From the NCBI RefSeq assembly GCF_006345805.1, contig NC_042999.1, forward strand, positions 122,388,001 through 122,452,000: a DNA stretch of 64,000 nucleotides, read 5' to 3'. The stretch comes from Octopus sinensis (Eukaryota). Shown in pieces: positions 1 to 13,289 of the stretch. The stretch's first letter is position 1. Every line of letters begins with the position of its first letter. The notes beneath the pieces were generated by a model, which saw only the letters and a list, made by a program, of their open reading frames with translations, made no database searches and was not told the DNA's origin. The position numbers were made by a program, and so were the translations under genes.

Positions 1-545
1 ACTTTTCACCTTGAAGTTTATGGATAATCAGTGTTATTATTCATACCTCAAAGCAGTCAATTTAGTAATAACAAAATAGTTAATAACTACTTAAACTTAG
101 ATTGCTGAGTGCATTATATAATAGTAATAACTAAATGTTGTTATTATTATTATTATTATTATTAGCATTATTATCATCATCATTGTGTTGTTGTTATTGT
201 TTAATAGATTTCATTATATAACTTTTACGTTCATTATTTATCTTACAGAATTATAAAAAAATCATTATTTTACTCAGTTTGATCAAAATACCTCCCAAGA
301 TAAAGATTTTTTCATTCATTTATGTTGTATTTATTCAAGTTAATTTAGCTTCCATACCAACCAAACCTCTGTGCATAAATATTTTCTTTTTAATTTATGA
401 TGCCACAGAAGATAATTGAAAAAAAAAATTAATGGAAGCTATCACTTGAAAATTCTGACAGGCTTTTCTTTTCCTGTATTTTGTCAAAAGATAAGCCCTG
501 ATTTGTAGCTAGAATTGTTGGAGTAACTCAATTCATCACCTTTTT

Positions 546-905
546 CATCATCATTATCATCTAACATCTGGTTTCCATGCTAGCACGGGTTGGATGCTTT
601 GACATAGAGCTGTCTGTATTCCAACTGTCTGTTGTGGCATGGATTCTATTGTTTGATACCCTTCCTAACACCAACCACTGAACAGAGTTCTGGGTGCTTT
701 TTACATGTCACTATTACGAGTGATTTTGCAGCAGTGGCACAGGTGCATCAATGCAGCAGCAGCAGCATGAGTACTTTTTAAGTGGCACTGGCACCTGAAA
801 TGACAAACCTCTATGTGTGGAAGACAGCGATTTTATTTAGCATGACATGACTTATCAAGTCCAGCAAATCTCCACATCACCCAGTCCCTTGTTGTTTCCT
901 CAGTG
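546..905 (-). mobile_element. Retroposon 3'-tail family B copy with (GAT)n tail, diverged
   Basis: (CAT)n, then tttccatgctagcacgggttgga and cttcctaacaccaaccac; reverse complement of copies at 13466-13775 and 16900-17285. Confidence 0.8.
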
Positions 906-2044
906 AAGTGTCAATCAAATGCTTTAAAAGTGTTATCAAAGACTTCACTCTAATATCTTAATGTTTCACTTAATTCTGGCTGGTTTTCACACTTTGAACT
1001 ATATTTTTACAATTGTCGTACCATCATATTTTTCAAACATCAGGCAATATAATCTGAGGCTCAAAGCATACACTTTAGGTAATATTTGCCCCTTAAATTC
1101 AACAATTTATGCTACTCTCTAAAAGTTTCCATTGTATCTCTTCAAATCTATATTGAACATTTTATTATAGAAGTATGCTGCATACATTTTCAGTTATTCC
1201 TTGGCAAATACATTTTAAATGCTACTATACAAATAAGAGAAAATAATTTCAGATAATTTCACTAATATAGAACAAAAAAAAATGATTTTCAATATTGAAG
1301 CGCAACCAGACAGCAAGTAGCAGATGCAAGCAGTGACCTATAATTTGAATATTTGAGTATTTTATGCTTTCTAAATGAGATATTTTGTAAAAATTTATGA
1401 AATGTCTAAGGATCAATATTTCTCTGTAAATAATCTAATTCTTTGAAGCACCAGCTAGAATCATTTCAATGAAAAGCCCATGCAACATATCAATGATAAA
1501 AACTTTGAATAGTGAGGTTTTTACTAATTTTCACTACTAAGTTTTATTACTAAGATTATTTTCAATATAGTGGCACAACGTCTATATTTATTCCACTTTT
1601 TTCCCCTTATGGCAATGCCTTTTAGTATTTTATTCAAATGCAGCATTAAGTTGTTTTCAGAAATATAAATTTTAGTAATAATTTTTTAAAGAATCTTCTG
1701 ACTTTAAATGCCATACTAGCTTATATTGGATATTCATTCATCAGCTGTCTCCTAAGCTTCAGTTTAGTTTTTCTATATATTCATAAATATCTATGGCTTA
1801 CTAGACTTTACAGGTCATTAAGTATCATTATTGGTGTAGTTCTGGTAAATTTATTTTACAAATAATTATATTTATAAGTAAATATAATATTTTCATGAAA
1901 AAAAAAGAATATTTCTATCACTAAACTTTCTTTACTAAACTATACTCCATACTAAAATTGGCTTCTTTATTGGCTCAGTGTTATGTGGCTAGCATAATAT
2001 GTCTTAACCTTTTTGAAGCTTCATTGATATATATGTATAATAAG

Positions 2045-2440
2045 TGCTGGAGTGGCTGTGTGGTAAGTAGCTTGCTTACCAACCACATGGTTTCTGGTTC
2101 AGTCCCACTGCATGCCACCTTGGGCAAGTGTCTTCTACTATAGCCTCAGGCTGACCAAAGCCTTGTGAGTGGATTTGGTTGATGGGAACTGAAAGAAGCC
2201 CATTGTTGTATATATATATATATGTGTGTGTATGTATATGTTTTTGTGTTTGTCCCCCTAACATCGCTTGACAACAGATGCTGGTGTGTTTATGTCCCCA
2301 TCACTTAGCAGTTCAGCAAGAGAGACTGATAGAATAAGTACTAGGCTTACAAAGAATAAGTCCTGGGTCGATTTGCTCAACTAAAGGCGGTGCTCCAGCA
2401 TGCCCACAGTCAAATAACTGAAACAAATAAACGAATAAAA
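2045..2440 (+). mobile_element. tRNA-headed CORE-like SINE family A, full length
   Basis: Head ggagtggctgtgtggtaag...ggttcagtccc (A/B-box-like), CORE-like ccttgggcaagtgtcttctac, internal (TA)/(TG), tail gctccagcatg..cagtcaaat..ctgaaac; near-copies at 27150, 32244, 63010. Confidence 0.9.
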
Positions 2441-3544
2441 AAATATATATATATATATATATATACATACGCACTATGAGTTTGAATTGCATGCTGATAC
2501 GTGTTACTATGAAATATGAGAACTTTTGACTGCTTTTCATTTTGAGAGCTAAGTTTTTTTCTAATAACATGACTTTAAAAAAATCTCAAAAACAGTTATT
2601 GTAGAACATTCTACAAACTTCAAGGTTTTGAAGTAAATTTGTAAGTTGCATAAAAAATTATGGGAGTTTGTGATTGATTCACTTATGCTTCATTTCTTAT
2701 TTAATAATAAACAACTCTTTCTTAATAAGAACACCACATTTTTATTCCACATTAGGAAACAAAACATAAATCCATGCAATCTGCTGTAATATTTCTTCTT
2801 AGCTTCATCTGTTTTACCTCTTAATTTCTGTGTTTATTCTGAAACATGGCAATTTCATTTGTCACTAAATTTGTGAATTTTATTTGTCCATGTAGTATTA
2901 TTCTAATCTTTTCTTATATTTACTAATTCATCTTCTTTCTGTAACCATATCTCATCTCATTTTTATTATATCCTTTATTGCAATGGTTTCTTATTAACCT
3001 CACTTCAACAGCACAAACATTCATCTTGTATCTATTATCTACTTAAGTTCACCTTTATCCAATTCAAATAGACCAATTATGGCGATAAAAGTACAAAATA
3101 TTTACTTCATAACTGAAGTAAGATTTGAATGATCAATATAATATATTCTGATATTTAGATGCAATCTGCTTAACGTAGATAAAGATTTAGAAGATATATA
3201 TTTATATTTGTTTTAGCTCTGTAGCTCCAATTATATTCATGAAATAAAAACTTAGCCTAGTGAAGTGTCTATATTTACTTTATTCCAATAATTATTAATT
3301 TATTTGCTTCCATCAAATGAATTCTAGGCATATATTTATATTAATATTTTTTCTGATTCCAGATAGTATTTGACCTTCAATTATCTCTTAGTTATTGATT
3401 TGTTATCAGATTAAAATGGAGATGGCAAATATAAGAGATACAGTGTTTATAGGCTCAGTATTCACTTTGAAATAAAGCTAAGGGGAAAAATATAATCATT
3501 AAATATACAGGTTATTTCCCTATTCCACTCATATTTTGTTTCCA

Positions 3545-3758
3545 GTATTTGTGTTTGTCTAACACAACAGCTTGAAAACCAGTGGCAGTTTGTTTGCATT
3601 TCTATCACTTAGCAGTTCAGTATAAAAGACTGTTAAATAGGTACCAGGCTTTAGAAAATATAAGTACTGGTGTTAATTCACTTGACTAAAATGCTTCAAG
3701 GCAGTGCCCCAGCATGGCCGCAGTCTAATAACTGAAACAAGTAAAAGATAAAAGATAA
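3545..3758 (+). mobile_element. SINE family A 3' half, diverged
   Basis: cacttagcagttcag...ggcagtgccccagcatggccgcagtctaataactgaaacaagtaaaagat matches the family A tail. Confidence 0.8.
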
Positions 3759-5027
3759 CCTCTCTTAGACACACACTCACATGTCTTTTTATCAAAATTA
3801 CACACAAGTTCATATTATTCCAGACAGATTTCTCTTGTTTAACAGTTTCCTTTTCAATGTGCTTTCATTATAAACTACAACAGTTAAAGTGATATGCTAT
3901 GGGGGAGGTTAATGTTAATTTGGATCACCTAACCAGAGTCTAGAAGTCCCCATAGTTGTTGTTTTGAAGATCATAAAACATACAGTACAATCAGATGTGT
4001 CAAAGCATTCAGAAAACCATATAACTATTTCAGTCCTAGTCCTTTTATTTAGTTTCCTACAAGTTTTGATGTCTCAATATATGACTTCTGAAACTCTTTG
4101 CTATAATTACATTCTTATCATCAATCATTTAGGAGGTTTGCAATGTAATCTTGCAAATTCATCCATCTTCTCATCTATACACAATGTGTATGCTGAAACT
4201 GCTTTAATTACCATACTATCAACCAATAACGTAATTAGTATTATTCTATCATTCAATCTGATGACAATATTTATATCCATTTTCAGCTAAAAGTATATTC
4301 CTTTTCATCAATTACATATCAATTAGCTATCTATAAGAACTGAAAACCATACATCTCCATATCACTGCTTGCACACAGCATAAATTTAATTGCTTCTATA
4401 CCAGCATCATTATGTTCTTAATCATCGTTGCTTAATTACATTTTAGGCTTTAATATCAAAATGGTTTACAATAACAAAAACGATTAATTACTTCAGGTTT
4501 TTATATTTTACTTACATTTCTGTACTGCAACATATATTTCTGTATCCTAGTGTGACAATGAAAGTAAATGCATGAGAAAGTGAAATACATTCCTTATACA
4601 TGTAACATACAATTATTCATTGACTGGAAAAGCAATCCTTTTTTTCTTATTGTATAATAAAGTCTAACCTCTTTCCATGCACTGCTGTTTGTAAGCAACA
4701 TTCTATTTCTAGCTTCAACAAAATAACAAACATTGTCTACTACTACAGTTGCAACCAACAGTTTCCATCTCATCTTAAGTACTCTATAATTTCTAGCAGT
4801 GTACTGATGCTATGTAGCTGAAATCTATGATGCTAGGCTTTCACTTTTATAACATTAAACTTAACATATTGTATGTGTTGGTTCACTGTCAAATTCTACT
4901 TGTTAACATTCAATTTTCTTACAATGCCGTAGCACATGTTTTGTCTGTGTAGTTATCAGCTATTGTATAATCATTTCAAAGACATTGGGAAATATGGTTC
5001 TCCTCTTACTGTTAGCTACATCTAAAA

Positions 5028-6060
5028 ATCATCATCATTTAACATCCATCGTCCATGCTGCCATCGGTTGGCTGGTTTGATAGAATCTAATGAGCTGGAG
5101 GACTACATCAAGCTCCAATGTCTGATTTGGTATGGTTTCTTATAGTTTTGTGATGTCAACCACTTTATAGAGTGTACTGAATACATTTCCTTTTCATGAC
5201 ACCAGACAAGTAAGATTACCAAGTAACAGAAGACAAAGAAAAAGACCCCTCAATTGAGTGGTAATGTAGCAGAAAGAGAAGTGGCTTTATGCCAGCTAAT
5301 GAGAGAGTAAATGTATGACAGAGGAACAGATTCTTGCTATAGAGGTGATACATCGCTCTCCACATTGTATAAGGATGGTTGGGAGTAACTAAAGGAAGAC
5401 AAAGATGGTGGTGACAAGTGTTAGCACATACTCTCAAGGTATTGGAAGATGATTATAAGAAAGAATATGAAAAGAAGCACAAGAATGGTAGGTAAGTTGA
5501 TAAGAGCAAAAGAAAAGAAGAGTGATACATGATTAGGGATGGGGGTAGAGGTGAATGAATTGAATGATGAACAAGGATGGAAGCATGGTCGATGGTAAAA
5601 AAAACATTATGGTGGGGGAGGGTAAAAGATGTAGGAGTGGCTCAAGAAAGAGGAGGTAATAAATGGCAGTTCAGGAAAGGTGGAAGGGCAACAGTATAAT
5701 AAGACTGCAAGTAGATCACAAAATAAGGGGAAGAAGTGAAAGAGGAAGATTGGAGGAAATATAGATGTATGGTGACAGAAATGGAGGTCAGAAGGCCTTA
5801 GGGGTGGTAAATTTGACTATAGCAAGTAGGGGGGAAAGCTTGGGTGTTGTTGATGGCAGATATGAGAGGCAATGAAAATGATAACAGATATGAGAGGGTC
5901 TTAAAGATAAGGTATGGTAGTCCTAAGATGTAGCTAAAGGAAAAGGGAGAGACAATGGAGGCACATAACAGAGTGATTAATGGAAAATAAAATGAGTATA
6001 AATGGTATTGAGAATGTGGGATGGATCTCACTGGGTTTCTTTCCATGATACTTAACATCC
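5028..6060 (-). mobile_element. Family B tail plus about 850 bp extension, purine-rich on plus strand
   Basis: B tail at 5028-5220; extension shares motifs in the same order with 10960-11800 (cttgctatagagg / cctgctaaagag; gagtggctca(a/g)gaa). Confidence 0.6.
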
Positions 6061-6112
6061 AAGTACCAATCTTAAAATCCTCACTGTCCCCAATAAAGCA
6101 GTTTCTATATTC

Positions 6113-6240
6113 TTCTTCTTCTTCTTCTTCTTTCTTCTTCTTCTTCTTTTTCTTCTTCTTCTTCTTTTCTTCTTCTTCTTATTATTATTATTATATTATT
6201 ATTATTATTATTATATTATTATTATTATTATTATTATTCA
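6113..6240. repeat. Compound (TTC)n/(TTA)n microsatellite
   Basis: Directly visible; abuts the LINE 3' end. Confidence 0.95.
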
Positions 6241-8030
6241 GTAGTTTTATTTTTATAGCGTGCTTTCACTTCACTACCGAGCGCAGCTCTGTGTGCCTTG
6301 GGTATGTGCTGTGATTTGTTGTGATGCTCTGATGGTTATTGTATGGAAAGTGTTCTGCGTAGGATGTGTGCAGTGCCTAGTAGTGCAATTTTCTGTATGT
6401 TATATGTGTTTGTAAGTCCTGGTGTTTTTGTTATGTATTTGTCTGAATATTTTTTTATCATGCCTAATGCACCTACTATGATAGGAATTGTTTCTGTTTT
6501 CAGATACCACATTCTAGTTACCTCTATTTCCAGGTCTTTGTATTTTGAGAGTTTCTCCATTTCTTTTAGAGACACGTTGTCATCTGCCGGTATTGATACA
6601 TCAATTAGAAAGCATTTTTTTCTTCATGATCTCTGACAACTATATCTGGTCTGTTGGCCTTAATTTCTCTATCTGTGTGTATCGGCATATCCCAGATTAT
6701 GGTTGCTTTCTCGTTTTCTGTGACCTTTTCTGGTGTGTGCCTATGCCATCTTTTTTCTGTTGTTATTCCATAATGTTGGCATAGCTTCCAATGTATGTAG
6801 GTTCCAACTCTGTCATGTCTGTGAATATATTCCTTCTTAGCCAGGACTGGGCAGCTAGAGATAATATGATTTATTGTTTCTTGTCCATCTCCACATATTC
6901 TGCAGTTACTTGTAATATTTCTTTTCATTACATGTTTTTGGTAATTTCTGGTGGGGAGGCTTTGGTCTTGTGCTGCAATTAAAAATCCCTCTGTTTCTGC
7001 TTTGAGTCCTGAGCTCCTCAACCATTGCTGGGATTTTTCTTTGTCTATTTCTTTTGCGTTTAGTTTAGTGCAGTATTTACCATGAAGGGGCTTTTCTTGC
7101 CATTGTTTTATCTTGGTTCGTTGCTGTTCTATTTTTAGTTTGGATTTCATTTGTTTTATAGCTTTTGTTGTTTCTTCATCATCTTCTTCTTCTTCTTCGT
7201 GTTTATTAGGTGGTATGATTTCTTGTTTGTATTTGTCAGCTTCCTTAAATACTGAGAACAGTTTTTTGTTTTGCTCGAGTTTTGCTGCTATCTGGATCAG
7301 TTTTCCTTCCTTCTGAAGTAGGTATTTTTGCAGTCCTATGGTGGTTATTTTATAGTAGTTTTCCAGCTGTATAAGGCCTCTACCACCTTCTATACGTTGT
7401 ATATATAGTCTTTCTATGTCAAATTTTGGGTGATGCATCCTAGATCCTGTCAGTATTTTTCTTGTTTTCCTATCTATTTTGGACAGTTCATTTTGTGTCC
7501 AGTTAAGGATATTGTAGCTGTAACTTATAACTGGGACAGCTAAAGTGTTGATACCTATTATCTTGTTTTTAGCATTGAGCTCTGTTTTTAGTATTGATCT
7601 AACTCGTCTATAATATTCTATTTTTATTTTCTCTTTCATTTGTGTGTGTTGTGTCTTATCTAGTTCATGGATTCCTAAGTATTTGTAAGTTTGGCTTTGG
7701 TCTAATTCTTTTATTTCATTGGTTTTATCTAGTGTGATGTTGTTACTCTTAACTAGTTTTCCTCTTTTCATGGTTACTTTGGCGCATTTTTCTAATCCAA
7801 ATTTCATATCTATTTCTTTGGTAAATCCATGAACTGTCTTTAATAGTGTTTCCAGCTGTTTGTCATTTGCAGCGTATAGTTTTAGGTCATCCATATATAA
7901 AAGGTGGCTGATCGTTTTGCCGTAACATTTATATTCACATCCAGTTCTATTTAGCATATCAGATAGAGGTGACAGTGCCAAGCAGAAAAGGAGTGGAGAG
8001 AGCGTGTCTCCCTGGAATATTCCTCTTCTA
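6238..8030 (-). mobile_element. 5'-truncated R4/Dong-like non-LTR retrotransposon (RT, CCHC, RLE)
   Basis: RGIFQGDTLSPLLF at 5' end, HLLYMDDLKLY, CRICGDGQETINHIISSC, RHDRV, RPDIVV..IDVSIP..KE.EK..KY.DL, PIIVGALG; short 3' UTR running into (TAA)n. Confidence 0.92.
6336..8022 (-). pseudogene. RT-RLE ORF remnant of the R4/Dong-like LINE, one apparent frameshift
   Basis: Track ORFs 6605..7981 and 6336..6575 join as EEKKCFLIDVSIPADDNVSLKE if one base is added to the T7 run at 6615-6621. Confidence 0.85.
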
Positions 8031-8034
8031 TTAT

Positions 8035-8115
<81 letters not shown>

Positions 8116-8123
8116 TATTATTG
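8030..8123. repeat. (TTA)n/(TCA) microsatellite at LINE truncation point
   Basis: Directly visible. Confidence 0.95.
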
Positions 8124-9729
8124 AGTCAAGTAGGGTGCCTAAATTTCTTCTTAGATTCAACCATTGCATTTTTCTCTATTATCAATGTATTTAATATAGG
8201 TTACAAACTCTCATACTTGATAATTTTTTTCTAAAATATTAAACTCTGTTACTTTCATACACTCTGATTGCAAACAATATACTTTTAGGCTTTAAAAATA
8301 TAAACAACCCATAGAGCAGAAAACATGCAAATCTTTCATATTTACTGAGGGCTTTTTACTAACTGGGGATTGGATGCACTTTTTTGATAAGCATTGGTTA
8401 AAAGATGAATGTTTGAAACAAAATGCTTTTAAGGCAACATTCCCATCAGGTCTTGACTGAGATAATTAGAATTAAGGATACTCTCCAAATACACAAGAAA
8501 ATGTCTAGAAGACCATTAAGACGACAGGGCAATACAGTATTCACTTAGTAATTTTGCTTTCACCTTCTCCAATTAACGTAGCATATGAATGTGTATGATA
8601 GTACTGGTTACATAATACTAAAATGTTTCTTCATTTTATTATCAAAGAAATCAATATACCTGAGACTGACAGAAATCTATTTCCAGCAAATTGTTTACTT
8701 TTAATGCTTGACTCTAGACCCCTTCAGATAAATTACTATCCCATATATTGACATATTGACAAAGTATTTAGCGAAGTGTAATGTTTGAGACTTCTGAATT
8801 AAAAAAAAATGTTCCTACACTTGCATACTAACTTCTAATTTTAAGTCTTTCATTGCACATCTAATGTCATCTGAAAATATTATTCAACATTTAACTGGTT
8901 CTAATCAATAATTTGCCAATTATAAATATATTTGTATATAAAGGTATGTTATTCACTTTTATCCTAAGATATTTATGCAATTTGCTACTAAAGTATGTAC
9001 AGAGCTTACATAGGTTTGTTTCACCACATTCTCAGATTATGTCAGTTAGAAATAAATCTGTTGTTTGTGTGCATGCATACATTATGACACTATTTAACTA
9101 AAACTTATATTTAAAACCTTTTGTAGGAAAATATTTACAAATGACATTGAATAACTTTTGAAATATTCTCAGTTTTTTTTATTATAACCTTAAATTATAG
9201 GAATTGATTGCAAAGAATTTTGATACAGGGTTGGTTCTTTCTCAAGAAAGATCTACAAGATTTTATAAATAACAACCCTTATGAACGTAGCATAAAAATT
9301 ACAAGAGAAGTTTACAATGTTTCTACACTTAGCAATACAGAGATGATTTTGATGATGAACTGTAAGGTAGAAGATAGTGCCTCTCATCCTCCCAGTAACT
9401 CTCATTCTTACTGCAGCCCTTAATGATTAACATCTTTTAGGGGTAAGAACATACCCTACTATGATATTAGGCTTCTCATTTATTCCCTAATGTATTTTTT
9501 CTTTGGATGTTTTTATGCGTACATATTTAGTGCACTGTGTATGATTAGAAATTGTTATTTTCGTGCTTAAAAATTGTGTTATTTATTTTGTTATTGCTGC
9601 TGTAAAAATCTATCAGAATGCATCACACTTTATAACATGAAAATCAATGGGAAAATTAATTTTATGTTACATGATTTCACATTACTGCAAGATTTTCAAG
9701 AGTGCATTACTTCCATAATGCGAAATATC

Positions 9730-9909
9730 CATGCATATATATATTTCTAATTACATTACATGCCACAGATGCCTCAATCTTTTACATCTAAATATACTTT
9801 ACTCTTTAATATGCTCTTTATATATGTATATGGGTATACTTATATGTGTGTGTGTGTGTATACATGTATGCATGTATATGTGTATATATATACATATATG
9901 TATGTATGT

Positions 9910-9943
<34 letters not shown>

Positions 9944-10141
9944 ATAGATATACACATGCATGTATGTATGCATAGATATATATTTGTATATATATGTATA
10001 CATATCAGGTACATATATATGTATAAATGTATTTATATATATATATATATACACACACGCACATGTGTGTGTGTAAACGTATATATATATGTATATATAT
10101 ATATGTGTGTATATATATATATACACACACACATTTATGTA
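9730..10141. repeat. Long complex (TA)/(TG)/(CA) microsatellite
   Basis: About 400 bp of alternating purine-pyrimidine sequence; source of several spurious ORFs. Confidence 0.92.
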
Positions 10142-10400
10142 TATCATCATCATCATTGTTTAGCGTCTGCTTTCCATGCTAGCATGGGCTGGACGGTTCA
10201 GTTGGGGTCTGGGAAGCCAGAAGGCTGCACCAGGCCCAGTTTGATCTGGCAATGTTTCTACAGCTGGATGCCCTTCCTAACGCCAACCACTCCATGAGTG
10301 TTGTGGGTGCTTTTTACGTGCCAGACTCGTCTGGCAAATTGCCACGATCAGATGGTGCTTTTTATGTGCCACTGGCATGGCGGCCAGGCGAGGCTGGCAT
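10142..10400 (-). mobile_element. Family B retroposon tail
   Basis: catcatcat..tttccatgctagcatggg..ggatgcccttcctaacgccaaccactcc..tttttacgtgcc. Confidence 0.88.
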
Positions 10401-10535
10401 GTATATATGTATATATATGATATATGTAAGTGTATATATGTATATGTGTATATATATAAATGTATGTATATTTATATATGCATATATATATATATTTCTG
10501 TATGTTTGTATGTGTTTGTCTTTGTGTCTGTGTTT

Positions 10536-10745
10536 GTCCCCCTACCACCACTTAACAATCAGTGTTGGTGTGTTTACGTCCCCCGTAACTTAGCAGTTTG
10601 CCAAAAGAGACCAATAAAGGAAGTACTAGACTTAAAAAATTAACAAGTCCTAAGATCAGTTTGTTCAGCTAAAACCCTTGAAGGCAGTGCTCCAGCATGG
10701 CCACGGCCAAAATTGCTGAAACAAGTAAAAAGTAAAAGATAAAGA
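10536..10745 (+). mobile_element. SINE family A 3' half
   Basis: tttgtcccc..gtgtttacgtcccccgtaacttagcag..gctccagcatggccac..ctgaaacaagtaaaa. Confidence 0.85.
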
Positions 10746-10754
10746 TATATATAT

Positions 10755-11800
10755 AAACATCGCTATCATTTCATATTTGCTTTCCATGCTGGCATGGGTT
10801 GAACATGTTAACAGGTAATCAATGAGCTGCAGTGTCATGTCAAGCTCCAATGCTATCTTTGGCATGGTGTCTACAGCTGAATGCCCTTTCTAATGCCGAC
10901 GACTTTACGGAGTGTACTGGGTGCCTGTTTTGTGCCCCAGCACTAGTGAGGTTGTCATGTGCCTTGGAAAACAGAAATGAAAAAGGAAAGAAGAAAGCTC
11001 CCTCTCATAAAAGGAAGTGTTTGGATAGGTTGAAGGTGGATGGCTTTATGCTAGTTTTAAAGGCTAAAGTATGTTAGAGGGACAAGATAGGTGTCCTGCT
11101 AAAGAGAGAAATGCATGGCTGAAGGAGATAAAAGGAATGCAGTGATGTGTTGGTACATCAAACTCTCCAGGAACAAGAAGGTGTGTATAAAAGAAGATGC
11201 AAGCAATGAGTCATGGGAGGGGATGAGAGTGGATGCTTTCATAAGAGTGTGATGTGGATGTAAACAGGTGGATGTAGAGTTTAATGTAGTGAGTGATGAA
11301 CAAATGTAGGGGTGTGGATGATGGGAAATGCTAGTATGGAGGGGTGGGAGATAAAAGAGTGGCTCAGGAAGGAGAATAGAACAGAAAGTTGTGGAATGAT
11401 GTGCAAGAAGCAGGAGTAGTACAAAGGGCGATATAGAGATACATAAGAAGCTATAGTAAGTGGGTCATAGTGGTAGAAATGGAAGGGCATTGAGAATGAT
11501 AGCAGATAAGAGAAGTATTTAGAACAGAGTATAGTACAAAAGACAGAGAGAGAGAGCAATAGTTGAAGGCACAAAAAGGATGTCATTGGTAGAAATAGTG
11601 TGGGAAGGAATAATGAGGAATAGAAGCTGTTGTGGAGGTGGGAGAAACTGTTAGTGAAGGGATGGGATATAATATGTGCGAATTCTGCTCTCAGATGAAT
11701 ACAATAATTGAGTAGTGCCATAGATGGAGGAAGGATGAGTATGGGATAGAAAATGCACGTTAAATAGATGGGAGAGAGGAGGGAGAACTGGGCCTCATAC
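10755..11800 (-). mobile_element. Family B tail plus purine-rich extension, second copy
   Basis: ttccatgctggcatgggttgaac..aatgccctttctaatgccgac..gagtgtactgggtg; extension homologous to 5220-6060. Confidence 0.6.
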
Positions 11801-13289
11801 ATACAAGCTGAGTAGTTTTAGAATAGAATTTTTGCTGTCATGATGTCAGCATTTTGATACATAACATGAATCGTCATGGTGCAGGTAACTGTTTTCCAAT
11901 ATTCACATGCCTTCCAGTTCCCTATGTTAACTAACTTCTTCTCAACTGCAACTTTAATCTATATACTCTCCAGTGCCATTCACTGTACACCAATACATAT
12001 GTATGTGTGTGTGTGTGTACACACATGCGTGTGCATATGTATGAATGCTGATATCTGAAGGTGATATTTGAGTGCTATTGACATTCTTTGTTGATCTAAT
12101 GACTTGTCATCTGCACTTCCAAATATGTGTGGAATAAGAAATCTCTTACTTGAAAAATTGTTATTTGTAACAGTGAGAGTATATATATCAATAAAATCTC
12201 CCCCCAAATATGTCACTGTCCAACTTTGATTAGCTCAGAAATAAAGGACATTAAACAAATGAATAAATTCCCTTTGTTCATTTCTTGAAACTAAATTGCA
12301 TATAATAATGTGAGAAATCAAACAAATCCCAAGTTATGTTTCAACTGTTAATTGTTATTGTACAGGAAAAAAAAATGTAAATATACTGTTTCATGTTTTC
12401 TCAGATATTCAGCATATTCTAAATATTTGAAGTGAATGAAAACTTGTTCATCATAAAGTGGAATAAATTTTCAAGAAGAAATGTAGCATACATTTCCAGA
12501 TCAAAATATGCATTACATTATGAGTGCATATTTTCCTCTTATACAATTTACATAAAACAAAACTTCACTATAGTATTATAATTAAAAACAAATATACGAA
12601 AACCATAAAAAAAATAACTGATTCTAACATGGTAGATGGCAATATTTTTAGCCTTTTCCCATCTCAGTACACTAGCAAAAGATTACTCAACAATCCATCA
12701 AAATTTACTGCTGTATTGAACTGGATCTTTATATTGATATGCTATTGATATACAGTTTTGCCCATGAGTATGCAAGTGTTTAATCATGAAAAAATGTGAT
12801 CAGAAGTTTTTGAGATGGTATTTCTACAATAATGATTAATTCATGCATAGCTCAATCTTCAAGAGGAAATACAGATGAAAGGATACTCTTCAAAAAGGGC
12901 AATGAGGTGAGGTACAAATGGTTACACTTGAAAACGTTTAAAAGAAATGAAAATTTTTGAGTGGTATAGAATATTTTCTAATGATTAATCAATACTAATT
13001 TTCAAAGTAAAAGAATATGCCAACCTCACATCAAGATAAATTTTTATGTTATATTCTACTCCACACATTTCAGTTACTTCAGTATATTATGGTCTAATAA
13101 TGGCTATGTTCATGAATTTGTTTATCTGAAATCAAAAATATACAAAACTGAAATTTCTTTTAAAGTGCCTATTTTTATATTTCAAATGATTATTTCTTTG
13201 AAATAGTGATCTATGAAAGGATTTTATAGTTGAAGTATTGCACTTTCTTCACTAAACCTATCTTAGGCAAATTTATCTTTTATAATTGC

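Noticed and set aside
2045-2110. tRNA gene
   Set aside because: tRNA-like A/B boxes are SINE heads running into CORE-like sequence; no full cloverleaf.
3964-4290. 108-aa ORF
   Set aside because: TTG start, I/S/L/N-rich low complexity, no domain, no splice support.
9731-10643. Multiple overlapping ORFs
   Set aside because: Translations are Y/I/C/V/H/T runs from dinucleotide repeats and SINE sequence.
11281-11802. 173-aa ORF
   Set aside because: L/S/F/P-rich translation of a pyrimidine-rich repeat strand.
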